A stretch of 64,000 nucleotides of DNA from Octopus vulgaris (taxonomy: Eukaryota): contig OX597833.1 of NCBI GenBank assembly GCA_951406725.2, positions 51,460,001-51,524,000 on the forward strand, read 5' to 3'. The notes under the pieces are model-generated. The model made no database searches. It was not told the DNA's origin and was given only the letters and a program-made list of their open reading frames with translations. A program made the translations under genes and the position numbers. Shown here in pieces: positions 38,616-52,403 of this stretch; within the stretch, counting starts at the first letter, position 1; every line of letters starts with the position of its first letter.

Positions 38616-39821
38616 TAACATTATATAAAGAGAAAAAAAATTCAATCGAATCACGCCGTACTCCTGCATTTTTAACATTTGTATATATTGTTTAATAATG
38701 ATGTTAATCCGTCCCAGTCAATGAAAATATTTTAAAAAATACTTTACGGTTATATTTTACACTACAACCAAAAACGTTGTTTTATGCTATTACTATGTTT
38801 TTATTCCTTCATTTATTGTTTACACGCCTCATTCTGTTTTCTCTCTCAATATTGATCGCCATTATATAAACAAACCAATACATAAGCCATCCTTAAGACA
38901 ATATATCATGCAATAAGCCATTTTCTCTTTACGGTTCTCCTCTTACACCATCAATCCCACCGCTTCTCTTCGTCTCTTATTCACAAGCATTATTTATCCA
39001 GTTTTTTGTTTTTTTGTAAGTCGTACATACATTAAGCTAAAAAATTTCTATGTTTACCCCGTTTAAATCTTTCCTTAATAGCTACCTCTTTTTTCATTAT
39101 TAAATCGTTTTTTTAAGACATTTGAACTTACTTTTCTTTACTCTCTCTTTCTCCGTTTTTGGAACGCGAGGGGTGGGCGATTACGTTTCTTTCAATATTT
39201 TTCATACAATAGCCGCTTAGATCCTTGCGTGAAACCATTTTTACACGAGTTGAAAATTTTCGATTTCGAATTCCTAGTCATATTTTTATTAGGCACAAGG
39301 CCTGAAATTTTGGGGGAGGGGGCCAGTCAATTAGATCTACCCCAGTATACAACTGGTACTTAATTTATCGACCCTGAAAGGATGAAAGGCAAAGTCGACT
39401 TCAACGGAATTTGAACTCAGAATGTAGGCAGACGAAATACTTATTTATAAACTACACTAATTTTTTATCGTATATTCTTAGCAATATTACTGTCTATTTT
39501 ACTAATTTGTATTCTTCTTGAAGCCTGTCCAAATATATAATTAACATGGCTATTGACATTTGTACTGGTAATTTACATAAACGTCAAAACTGTGCGGTTT
39601 ACATATATATAAAGAGGGTGAATTGTAGTTGAAACTCAAACACAAGAAGAAATATTGTACAAACTAATTTAATTTCCATATTTTATTTAATTTAATAGAT
39701 TTCCGGCAGGATGTCTTTTTTTGAGAGCCTCACTCCCGAACAGTCACAAAGAAAGTAGCTTACTTGTAGTTTAGTTGCTTTAGAAAGTCTTTAGGTAGTT
39801 GAAAATAAATACGAAATTTGT

Positions 39822-40308
39822 AAGGCAGCGAGCTGGCAGAATCGTTAGCACGCCGGGCGAAATGCTTAGCCGCATTTCGTCTGTCGCTACGTTGTGAGTT
39901 CAAATTCCACCGAGGTCGACTTTGCCTTTCATCCTTTCGGGGTCGATAAATTAAGTTCCAGTTACGCTGGGGTCGATCTAATCGACTTAATCCGTTTGTC
40001 TGTCCTTGTTTCTCCCCTCTGTGTGTAGTCCCTTGTGGGCAGTAAAGAAATAGGTATTTCGTCTGTCTTTGTGTTCTGAGTTCAAATTCCGCCGAGGTCG
40101 ACTTTGCCTTTCATCCTTTCGGGGTCGATTTAAGTACCAGTTACGCTGGGGTCGATCTAATCGACTTAATCCGTTTGTCTGTCCTCGACTTTGCCTTTCA
40201 CCTTTTCGGGGTCGATTAAATAAGTACCAGTTGCGTACTGGGGTTGATCTAATCGACTGGATCCCTCCCCAAAAATTCCGTGCTTTGTGCCTAGGGTAGA
40301 AAAGAATA
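39822..40308 (+). mobile_element. SINE B head-to-tail multimer
   Basis: One head, three body units, terminal tail type 2. Confidence 0.88.
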
Positions 40309-40565
40309 TGTAAATTGGTATATTCAAAAAACAAAAAAGTGGCTATTTAAGCAGTGTGTTTGAGGATGACTAAAGAGTTGGATGGATGCTGATGAAAGGG
40401 GGAAAATGGGTGTATATGGCATATACACCTATTACCCTTTGCTCATCTTCACTCGTTATTGTTTTTTTACATCTGACGTCTTGTATACGAAACGTCATGA
40501 CGAAAATCAGAGCTGATTATAATTTCTATGGAATATCTGGAGAGATAACCTTAACAAGTAATATA

Positions 40566-40608
<43 letters not shown>

Positions 40609-40751
40609 TTGTATGTGTGTGTGTGTGTGTGTGTAAGGATATATGCTTGTCTAGCTCGAAATTACGCATACACTCAGATACCTATAAAAATATTTATATT
40701 TGCATGTACGTATATATATGTTTTTTGTACTGTGTATGTGCGCGCATGAAT

Positions 40752-40808
<57 letters not shown>

Positions 40809-41267
40809 TCCATCAACATAATGAAGAGCATACCCAATAGCAAGCACTGTTCTGGTTGCCATCACAAAAATATCATCATCCTCATCATCATCATCATCAT
40901 CATCATCGTCGTCGTCAGCAGCAACAGCAGCAGTAACTACACTGACGTCCATAACATTATCACCCTGCAGCCTGCTCACTACCACCACCACCAACAACAA
41001 CAACAACACCGCCGCCACCATCCTCACCATCGTTACCATGACTACTACTACAACACACCATCATTACACTTCATTGAAGACAAACACCTTAGCAAAAAAC
41101 TATGTCAAGTAGTTCAGGATTTGCTTAATCAACATTCTTCTTCAATCGCAAAAATGCCGGGTTTGTTTGTTGAAGTCAACCCCAAGACAACAGCTGGAAC
41201 CGCTCTGTGGAAATGGAAGATTCCACTCTTCTTTTGTTCTGCGAACTGTCATTCTATTTAATAGTGC

Positions 41268-41555
41268 TTACTCTTTACTCTTTTACTTAACTTGTTTCAG
41301 TCATTTGACTGTGGCCATGCTGGAGCACCGCTTTTAGTAAGAGCAAATCGACCCCAGGACTTATTCTTTGTAAGCCTAGTATATATATATACGACAGGCT
41401 TCTTTCAGTTTCCGTCTACCAAATCCACTCACAAGGCTTTGGTTGGCCCGAAGCTATAGTAGAAGACACTTGCCCAAGGTGCCACGCAGTGGGACTGAAC
41501 CCGGAACCATGTGGTTAGTAAGCAAGCTACTTACCACACAGCCCCTCCTACGCCT
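41268..41555 (-). mobile_element. SINE family A with internal deletion
   Basis: Tail and head present, middle missing. Confidence 0.85.
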
Positions 41556-41825
41556 ATATATATATATTTATATATATATATATATATTATATTAAATTAG
41601 AGTAGTGTTATATTAATTATATTTTTTTAATAATTTTGTTATATATTTAAATAATATAAATTAAATAATCTTTTGTATTGGCATAAGTTTTTCATTGTAT
41701 GATTTGCCTAATAGTGGTTTTATCTCTAATTTAATATAATATAATATTTTACAATAAAATTGGATTCAATCCTAAATCTGATTTTTCCCCGTAAGTTTGG
41801 ATTTATTCCCTAATATTTATTATTA

Positions 41826-41888
<63 letters not shown>

Positions 41889-41977
41889 ATTATTAGAGAC
41901 AAAACCACTATTTTGCAAAACAAACAAGGAAAGACTTAATCAATACATAAAATTTTAATAAATAGTCAAAAAAACCG

Positions 41978-42020
41978 CCACTACAATCGTTTCTTGTCTT
42001 GATCGACAATCTTCAGGTGG
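41978..42020 (-). ncRNA. Type I hammerhead ribozyme, intact core (left arm)
   Basis: Reverse complement of 42066-42108. Confidence 0.85.
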
Positions 42021-42065
42021 ACTTCAATAAGTCAGTTTCATAATTTGAAACTGACTTATTGAAGT

Positions 42066-42108
42066 CCACCTGAAGATTGTCGATCAAGACAAGAAACGAT
42101 TGTAGTGG
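42066..42108 (+). ncRNA. Type I hammerhead ribozyme, intact core (right arm)
   Basis: ccac-CTGAAGA-ttgtc(gatcaa)gacaa-GAAAC-gatt-GTA-gtgg: 4-bp helix I, 5-bp helix II, short helix III, GUA site ending at 42104. Confidence 0.85.
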
Positions 42109-42624
42109 CGGTTTTTTTGACTATTTATTAAAATTTTATGTATTGATTAAGTCTTTCCTTGTTTGTTTTGCAAAATAGTGGTTTTGTCTCTAATAATATT
42201 TTATAATATTTTACTATAAAATTGGATTTAATCCTAAATCTGATTTTTTTTCCCTGTAAATTTGGATTTATTCCCTAATATTTATTATTATATATATATA
42301 TATATATAAACACGACAGGCTTAATTCAGTTTGCATCTACCAAATCCACTCACAAGGCTTTGGTTAGCCCAAGGCTATAGTAGAAGACACTTGCCCAAAG
42401 TGCCATGCAGTGGGACTGAACTCGGAACCATGTGGTTCGTAAGCAAGCTACTTACCACAGTGCTACAAAACTGTGTGCCTCTTTCCTAAACTTTTCCTCA
42501 TCCTTACTCTCCGTCTTTGTCTCTCGTCGTCTCCGTACTTCTTACACTTACCGCTACTCCCTCCGCCGCCATAGCTTTCTTCCACCCTCTTTCTTCCTCT
42601 ACACTATCTTTCTCTTCTCTCTTT

Positions 42625-43016
42625 TTAACTTGTTTCAGTCATTTTGACTGCGGCCATGCTGGAGCACCGCCTTTAATCGAGCAATTCGAGCCCGGCACTT
42701 ATTCTTTGTAAGCCCAGCACTTATTCTATCGGTCTCTTTTGCCGAACCGCTAGGTGACGGGGACATAAACACACCAGCATCGGTTGTCAAGCAATGCTAG
42801 GGGGACAATCACAGACACACAAACCTACACGCACATACATATATATACATATATACGACGGGCTTCTTTCAGTTTCCGTCCACCAAATCCACTCACAAGG
42901 CTTTGGTCGGCCCGAGGCTATAGTAGAAGACACTTGCCCAAGGTCCCACGCAGTGGGACTGAACCCGGAACCATGTGGTTGGTAAACAAGCTACTTACTA
43001 CACAGCCACTCCTGCG

Positions 43017-43020
<4 letters not shown>
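42625..43020 (-). mobile_element. SINE family A, full length (extra heads at 42310-42465 and 43536-43695)
   Basis: Reverse complement of the consensus. Confidence 0.9.
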
Positions 43021-43072
<52 letters not shown>

Positions 43073-43500
43073 GAAATGAAGAAAATGCTGACAAATAATT
43101 GAAGTAATTTAAGTAATTTAATTAGGTGAAAGTTCTTTTTACCGGTTGCGCATTTGTTATGCTTATCAAAATATAAAAGAGAGATTAGAGTCTGTCTCTT
43201 ATATGTGAAAAAAAGAGGCTCCAGAGTTGTTTTGGATTTGCTTGGTTTCGCGCCTAAAATTTTGATTGGTCTTTATGAAGGGGTCACGTGAATGTTTGAA
43301 TGGAAGTTGGTGTTGGGGTAAGAAAAAAGGCTCCAGAGAAGTTAAAATTTGGCTAGTGTCCCGCCTAAAATTTCTTATTGGCCATAATAAAGAGGTCACG
43401 TGAATGTTTAGAATTTTCGAAAATAGTTTTGTTGAAAATTCTTATTGTTCAGGCTGGTCAGTAGACGTCATGTGGATATTTTAAATAGCTTTTTAGCGCG

Positions 43501-43534
<34 letters not shown>

Positions 43535-43835
43535 TACGACGGGCTTCTTTCAGTTTCCGTCTACCAAATCCACTCACAAGGCTTTGGTCGGCCCGAGGCT
43601 ATAGTAGAAGACACTTGTCCAAGGTACCTCGCAGTGGGACTGAACCCGGAACCATGTGGTTGGTAAACAAGCTACTAACCACACAGCCACTCCTATTTTT
43701 CTCATTGTATTTCTCTATAATACTTCCCTTTCTTGTTTTTCGACATTTGTTTTCAATCTTCTCTTAGTTGCTCTCATTTGGTTCTTGTTCGGAACCGTTC
43801 GATCTCACCACTGCCTCTGCCAGACATCCACTTAC

Positions 43836-44100
43836 CGCGATGCCGCCATACATTGCCAAACATTCGCTTATCTTACACATTCGTCTATTCCTTCCTTCCA
43901 TCATCGCACTCATCGTCGTCGTCGTCGACGTCAGCGGCGGCGGCGGCGGCGGCGGCGATGGTGTCTCCTCGTCGACATCATAATCATTTCTGTACTGTTT
44001 GCAATGTCCGTTGCGCTTGTTGTTTCTGGCGGTTTTTTCTTGTTGATTCTGTTTTCGTTTTTCCTGTTGGTTATGTAGCTGTTGCTGGTAATCGTTCATG
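43836..44100 (-). CDS. Candidate coding exon, unknown protein (Q/N-rich, poly-P/T, ends CKISECLAMYGGIA)
   Basis: Acceptor ttctcatacgcacgtAG, 88 open codons from ATG at 44099, strong donor GCG|GTAAGT in phase 0; no family recognised. Confidence 0.4.
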
Positions 44101-44148
44101 CTACGTGCGTATGAGAATATATTTTATTTGTGATAACATGCATGTGTG

Positions 44149-44186
<38 letters not shown>

Positions 44187-44549
44187 TGTGTGTGTGTGTG
44201 TGTGGAGAGAAAATGTGTGTGTGTGGAGTATAGATAGAAAATAGATGTGTCTCTGTTACATGTATGTGCACACAATCGTGTGCGTACATCACGCTCATAC
44301 ACATATACGCGCATACATGCAAAAATAGGGACGTAGTACATACACACACACATAGATATATATATGTGTGTGTATGTATGTCTATATAGGTATATATATA
44401 TAATTAGTATCGTGTATTTGTCTATATATGATATACATAGACACTAACGGAGACTGAGGTGCTATACGGCACCCTTAGTGTATATATATATATATATGAA
44501 CATATATATATATATATATACATATATATGTGTATGTATGTATGTATAT

Positions 44550-44595
<46 letters not shown>

Positions 44596-44716
44596 GTATG
44601 TATATATATATAAATGTATATATATATATGTATATATGTATGTATGTATATATGTATATATATATATGTATTTGTATATATATGTATATATATGTATACA
44701 TATGGATATATATATA

Positions 44717-44750
<34 letters not shown>

Positions 44751-44817
44751 CATATATATATATATGTATATGTATGTATATATTTATATATATATGCATA
44801 CATGTATGTATATATCC

Positions 44818-44883
<66 letters not shown>

Positions 44884-45397
44884 TATGTATGTACGTACAG
44901 TGTACACGTACTCGATACACATGGACGTAGTCATCATACGCACAGATCTACATTTAGACAGACCCCCACATGTACGTCTGAATACATAAAACGCATACAT
45001 CCGCGGTGTACCGCATATCAACATCTACATGCTCACATCGGTAGCTCATACACTCTCCAAAAAGTGATTTAGCCAAGAAAGACAAACTAAAATAAACAGA
45101 TCTAACAAAGCAATGGAATCTCTTTCAAGAGACGTAAAGCTTTTGTAGTAATATATTCAACCCGATCCTAACATTGCTTAATGCTTTTTTTTTTACTTTA
45201 TCTGTCGACGTTTATTCAAATGTGTGTGTGTGTGTGTATGTGTGTATGAAAGTATATATATATGTATATATATATATATATATACAATATTATATACACA
45301 CACAGATACACACACACACACGCACACACATATATATGTATATATACAACATTATATACACACACTGATTTATATATATACACATATATATATATAT

Positions 45398-45442
<45 letters not shown>

Positions 45443-45509
45443 TACAATATATTAATATATTAAAATATATCAAATACTTTATAATATAGGTGGCCCGTTA
45501 GTATATATA

Positions 45510-45558
<49 letters not shown>

Positions 45559-45560
45559 TT

Positions 45561-45766
45561 GTGTAATAAATAAAATATATGCATACATACGAACAAATAT
45601 GTACGTACCTACATCTACATGTATATATACATGCATATATAAATATATATACGTGAGTACAGGACACCACAACTAGACGTAGAACTCAACGAGAAACGAA
45701 AACGGAAAAACCATTTTTTTACAACAGAAAAACAGAGTACAGGGCATACTACACAAGGAAAAATCC

Positions 45767-45769
<3 letters not shown>
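45561..45769. repeat. Unclassified ~208-bp dispersed repeat in (TA)n (copy 2)
   Basis: Near-identical to 10716-10923. Confidence 0.9.
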
Positions 45770-45825
<56 letters not shown>

Positions 45826-45933
45826 CATACATACATATATATATGTATATATACATATAAGAGGGATGACCACTAAGTGGACAGCCATTATGCTAGAAGT
45901 CAATAAATTTAAATTTATATATGTATATATGTA

Positions 45934-45979
<46 letters not shown>

Positions 45980-46243
45980 GTTTGTGTGTGTGTGTATCCA
46001 TATCTATATCTATGCCCCCCTCTCTCTCTATATATATATATATTTATATATTATATATGTATATATATTATATATATATTATATATATATATTAGATATA
46101 TATATATATGTCTACATCTATATATGTCTACATCTATATCTATTTCTTTTGAATAAAACAAACACAACGACGGAAAAATTTAACAAAAGAATAACAAACG
46201 GAAAAGTAGACAAAACCATTGTACATGGAAATTTCACAGCTGA

Positions 46244-46286
46244 TTCCTCATCAGTTGGTGTCCAAGACATCCTAGTGGTTTCGCGC
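46244..46286 (-). ncRNA. Circularly permuted (type II topology) hammerhead candidate
   Basis: Minus strand: gcgc-GAAAC-cactaggat-GTC-ttgg(aca)ccaa-CTGATGA-g; all core bases canonical, but helix II has only 1 clear bp. Confidence 0.5.
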
Positions 46287-46430
46287 TTATATTTGAATTT
46301 GCGTGAATATACATACACACACACACATACAGAGAGAGAGAAAGAGATAGGTAAGACGAAGATATATATATATATACAATAAAAATGGTAAATAATTTTT
46401 CAGTGGTTTTTCATATAACCAACAATTATT

Positions 46431-46500
<70 letters not shown>

Positions 46501-46809
46501 TACATGTTTACGTTTGTGTATATGAATGTATGAGTGTATTTTTGTGCGTGTGTGTGTTTGTGTATGTGCGAACGAAGGTGTGTCCGTGTGTATGATATTT
46601 TAGTGACCGCGCTTTGCTATTAATGTATTAGGACACTGAAATGTATCTTTAAATTACAATTTTCCATACATAAGCAAGTGTCAGGACAAAAATATTTTCA
46701 GACACTTATTCATGAGTTATTGAGGTAGTGTGTAACTTCGAATTATTCATCATCATCGTCCAATACTCTCGTCGTTGTCATCAACACCGTCATCATGTTA
46801 TAATGTATT

Positions 46810-47290
46810 AGATGGAGTGGTTGTTGTTTTTACTACATTTCGGCCGTTGTACGCTCAAGCCATCTTCAGGTCTCTGTGATTCACCTTAAATTGAACTCAG
46901 ACCTCTTGGTGTCTGCACTACATTAACTAGCTGGAGCGTACTCAACCGAAATATAGTGAAAGCACCAACCAAGATGAGGGCATAATCCCGACTGATGCGT
47001 AAAATAACATACCTCATCTCAGAAACTACAAAATTGTATTGTCCAATTGGTACGAAGCTGTTGTAAGACATTAATGGATGCTTATAAGCCTGGGAAATAT
47101 CACTCTGGTGCTAACTACGGGCATAGCGTAGTGGATAAAGGCGCTTTTTAATGCAGTGCAGTTATCTGGAGATTCAGAGTTCAATCCCGGGTAAGGCAGT
47201 AAGAGACCTTAAGAAGGCTGGAGTGTACAACAGCTGAAACGTAGTGAAACAATAGTCAAGTTGAGGACACCACTCCAACAAATACATAAC
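46810..47290. repeat. Three diverged copies of a short hammerhead-like repeat (one minus, two plus) with an intervening tRNA-like box pair
   Basis: Minus copy gagac-CTGAAGA-tggc..gcc-GAAA (46838-46874); plus copies at ~46930-46990 and 47203-47290. Confidence 0.55.
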
Positions 47291-47666
47291 AAATTAAAAA
47301 TTCATCCTCTCAGACAATACAGAATTGCATCATCATCATCATCACCACCACCACCACCACCATCACATCATCATCACCATCATCACCATCACCACCATCA
47401 CCATCATCATCATCATCGTCGTCGTCGTCATCATCGTTGTTGCTATCATAGCTAGCGAGAGAGCCTATACGCTCTTACAAAAAACACCTACAGGTAATAA
47501 CAACCAAATCATTTCCTCCAAATTGCATCTTAAAAGCGAAAACTAAAAAAAAGAAAAATTGCACATATTGATCATTGATAAACAAAACGAAAGAATACCC
47601 TGACTGTTCAGACTATAGGGTCTACTCAATGCCCATCTGATCTGGTACTAATCATCGCTAAATTCT

Positions 47667-47713
<47 letters not shown>

Positions 47714-47792
47714 TTCTTCTTCTTCTTCTTCTTCTTCTTCTTCTTCTTCTTCTTCTTCTTCTTCTTCTTCTTCTTCTTCTTCTTCTTCTTCT

Positions 47793-48001
47793 CTCTTTTA
47801 CTCTTTTACTTGTTTCAGTCATTTGACTGCGGCCATGCTGGAGCACCGCCTTTTGTCGATCAAATCGACCCCGGGACTTATTCTTTGTAAGCCCAGTACT
47901 TATTCTATCGGTCTCTTTTTGCCGAACCTCTAAGTGACGGGGACGTAAACACACCAGCATCGGTTGTCAAGCAATGCTAGGGGGACAAACACAGACACAC
48001 A

Positions 48002-48055
<54 letters not shown>

Positions 48056-48215
48056 TACGACAGGCTTCTTTCAGTTTTCGTCTACCAAATCCACTCACAA
48101 GGCATTGGTCGGCCCGGGGCTATAGCAGAAGACACTTGCCCAAGATGCCACGCAGTGGGACTGAACCCGGAACCATGTGGTTGCTTAGCAAGCTACTTAC
48201 CACACAGCCACTCCA
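47793..48215 (-). mobile_element. SINE family A preceded by (TTC)n 47663-47790
   Basis: Reverse complement of the consensus. Confidence 0.9.
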
Positions 48216-48242
48216 CTCCTTCTCTTTCTTTTTCACCATCAA

Positions 48243-48299
<57 letters not shown>

Positions 48300-48387
48300 T
48301 AAACTTCCGTCAATTTTGCCAAAGCTTTTTTTGCTGTTTCTATTTCCTCGGTACTTCATATTTCCAGTTAGGAAGGCGAGGGGGGGG

Positions 48388-49376
48388 GGACTGGCAGAAT
48401 CGTTACCGCACCGCGCAAAACGATTAGCAGCATTTCGTCAGTCTTTTACGTTCTGAGTTCAAATTCCGCCGAGATCGACTTTGCCTTTTACCTTTTTGGG
48501 GTAATAAAAAGATAAGTGCCAGTTAAGCACCCAGGTTGATACACGTGATTTATTCTCTCTCCGAAATTGCTGGCCTTGTACCAAAATTTCTAATCACTAT
48601 ATACTTATTTATGTCTTTAGTGCCCACGGGGAGCTAAACATAGAGGGGACAAACAAGGACAGACAAAGGGATTAAGTCGATTACATCGACCCCAGTGCAT
48701 AACTGGTACTTATTTAATCGACCCCGAAAGGATGAAAGGCAAAGTCGACCTCAGTGGAATTTGAACTCAGAACCCATATATTTGCCAGTATTCAAGCTTC
48801 GTTACCTGTTTGAAGATAAATCAATATCTTGAATATTAGGTCATCCTACGGTTGGCCCCTTATTAATCCTGGTTGGTTCCGTGTTTACTTCAGTAGTCAC
48901 TGACGTTCTATAGAGTTCATGCCACAAAACCTCGGTCTACAGTAAACAGAAGAAAATAATATTCTTTTCTAATCTAGGCACAAGGCCCGAAATTTTGAGG
49001 CAGGGAGCCAGTCGATTGTACTTAATGTATCGACTGGTACTTAATGTATCGACTGGTACTTAATGTATCGACTCCGAAAGGATGAAAAGCAAAGTCGACC
49101 TCGGCAGAATTTCAATTCAGAAGTAACGGCAGACGAAATACCGATTTCTTTGCTACCCACAAGTGGCTAAACACAGAGAGGTCAAACAAGCACAGACATA
49201 CGGATTAAGTCGATAATATCGATCCCAGTGCGTAACTGGTACTTATTTAATCCACCCCGAAAGGATGAAGAGTAAAGTCGACCTCGGCGGAATTTGAACT
49301 CAGAACGTAACGACAGACGAAATACCGCTAAGTATTTCACCCGGCGTGCTAAAGTTTCTGCCAGCTCGCCGCCTTT
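48388..49376. mobile_element. Cluster of SINE B copies (+ 48388-48590; - 48605-48775; - dimer 48962-49376)
   Basis: Family B body motif on both strands. Confidence 0.85.
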
Positions 49377-50183
49377 CACAGTTAGGGAAACTGTATACAG
49401 TTATATAAACTGTATACAGTTAGGTAAACTGGACCTTAGGTTGAAAGGGTTGAGTCTTAATTGTTAGTACAACCAGAATATCGATTATACTATGATACGA
49501 ACTGTAAACCCGAACGCTTTTCAGGTCACATGGTGCACTGATCAATTGATACGACCAAATGTACTCTTAGATGGTAGCAATCGACGAGAAAATCCTCATC
49601 TGATGTCAGAAACGATGTAATCCAGTATGTATGGTTTAGATTAAGACAACACACACAGAAGACATATTACAGGGGTTTTCGAGGAAACAATAGGGGTCAC
49701 CTTGATGCAGATACCTTAACGAAATGCTGGAGGTAAGAATGCTAGGAAAGGTCAATATGCTGAGTTTTTACTTACACGTGGAGTAAGTGAGATTCTTGAA
49801 GCGAAATTCGCTCTACGGGGTATCAAAACCGGTGGTTTGTATTTTCGAATACCTAGATACCTAGATACATGTATGTCAATGTGTGTGGGCGATGTGCTCT
49901 ATATATATTTATGTATGTGTGTGTAAGTATTGCGAGTGTGTGTGCGTGAGCGTATGTACACGTGTGTTTGTATATGCATTTATATGTATGTGCAATTAGA
50001 TGGATGTGGATGTGTATAAATATAAATATACGTATACATCTACATATATATACATACATATATATATATATATATACGAATCTATGCATGGATATATTTT
50101 TGTACATTATATATATGTATCTATCTTTCTCTCTCAATATATATGCATGTGTATATATGTATGTATATATGCATGCATATATG

Positions 50184-50219
<36 letters not shown>

Positions 50220-50271
50220 CGTGTGGACAGATGTAGGCTCAAACCCACATGGACAATAAATCATACATATA

Positions 50272-50317
<46 letters not shown>

Positions 50318-51160
50318 TACATGCATATATACATATATATATATATGTATATATGTATATATATGTATGTATATATATATATATATATATGCATGTATGT
50401 ATATATGTGTCTATATATGTATATATATGTATATATGTATATATGCATGTATGTATATATGTGTCTACATGTATATACATATGTGATTTAATCTCCATGT
50501 GTGTGTGTGTGAGCCTGTGTGTGTTCGTATGTCATTGCGGGCATCCATTTTTTTCACGTACCTACCTCTCGAAAAATACATTGTATGACCATAATATTTT
50601 CTCATATATATGTGTGCTGGTGCACAGACATGTCTAATTCTGTGTGTGTCTGTGTGTGTATATGTATGTGTCAGTGTGTGTGTGTGGGTGTGTGCGTGTC
50701 TATGTCTGCACACGTACATGTGTGTGTATATGTATTTATAATCTATACAGACAGACAGATAAATAGATGGATATAAATATATGTTTGCATGTATACATAT
50801 ACATACCTGTATTCATATGCATACGCATACATATAACATGAATATATGTGTACATTGTGCATATATTTTTACATATACACATACACACGCGCGCGCACAC
50901 ATATAAGCATATATATATATATATATATATACATACACACACATGTATGTGTACGTGTGTGTGTACCTGTCTCCATGTGTACGTGACTGCATATCAAGTT
51001 ATGTCATGAGAATCTATATTTATATATGTATATTCATGTGTATGTGCATGTGTGTGTATGTGTATATATATATATGTGTGTGTGTGTGTGTTTGTGTGTG
51101 TGTGGATATATATATATACATATTCATACATGAACATATATATATATATATATACATACA

Positions 51161-51206
<46 letters not shown>

Positions 51207-51250
51207 TTATATATATTTATATATATATATATAAATAATATATTTATATA

Positions 51251-51319
<69 letters not shown>

Positions 51320-51339
51320 ACATATATATATATGTATAC

Positions 51340-51403
<64 letters not shown>

Positions 51404-51708
51404 TATGTGCGTGTGCATGTGTGCGTCCGATGTGGGATAATCATTATATAGGTTATATGTTACAGGAATACCAGATAACATAAGGTTTCGTTCAGGTTTT
51501 CATTTCATTTTTTTCTTCTTCTTAAATAGTTCCTTGCCCCTAGCCATATGTGAAATATCTCTAATATACGCACACACGTACACCCGCCACCCTTATATGC
51601 AGTCGATGACGAGCTGGTTTTCGAGAACTGCAAGCCAGTAATAAATTCTCTGTTTGAAACAGATGGCTGACACATGCTACAATATGGACCACTTTACTTT
51701 TCCTAGGG

Positions 51709-51752
<44 letters not shown>

Positions 51753-51775
51753 TATAGATAGACAGACAAACAGAT

Positions 51776-51953
<178 letters not shown>

Positions 51954-52403
51954 GAGGTAGGTAGGTAGGTAGGTAGGTAGAATGACTGATTCACAAACAT
52001 GTACCGCGAATAGGAAATTCATAAAATTTTAACTTGAAATATGTTATTCCACTCTACTTAACAGTATTGAGTTCTTTTTGCTAATTTACATAGAAATGGC
52101 TATGTATGTATGTAGGTGTGTATGGATGGATGGATGTGTGTGCGTGTGTGTGGGGGTGCACGAAAGCGTGCTGAAAAGTTCTTAGCTTTAAAGGTGTCGT
52201 GAAAGGACTGCCTAGAGGGCCAACCTTCCGAGTTCATTTGTAGGACTTCGAAAAGAGTGTAAAGTAGCCAATTAATTTAAATTAATTAGGCTTGGATATA
52301 GTTTTAAATCATGACATTTTTCGAATGTTTTATAATTACTACCAAGCCCAATTCAAACTATCAGCAAAGAAAAATTCTTCTTTGAACAGTATCATACTTA
52401 TAT

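Larger units (their letters stand above)
41884..42202. repeat. Palindrome with 157-bp arms and 5-bp spacer; inverted ends of a Penelope-like or retrozyme element
   Basis: 41884-42040 is the reverse complement of 42046-42202; the right arm continues to ~42290 and that end recurs in direct orientation at ~41710-41825. Confidence 0.93.
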
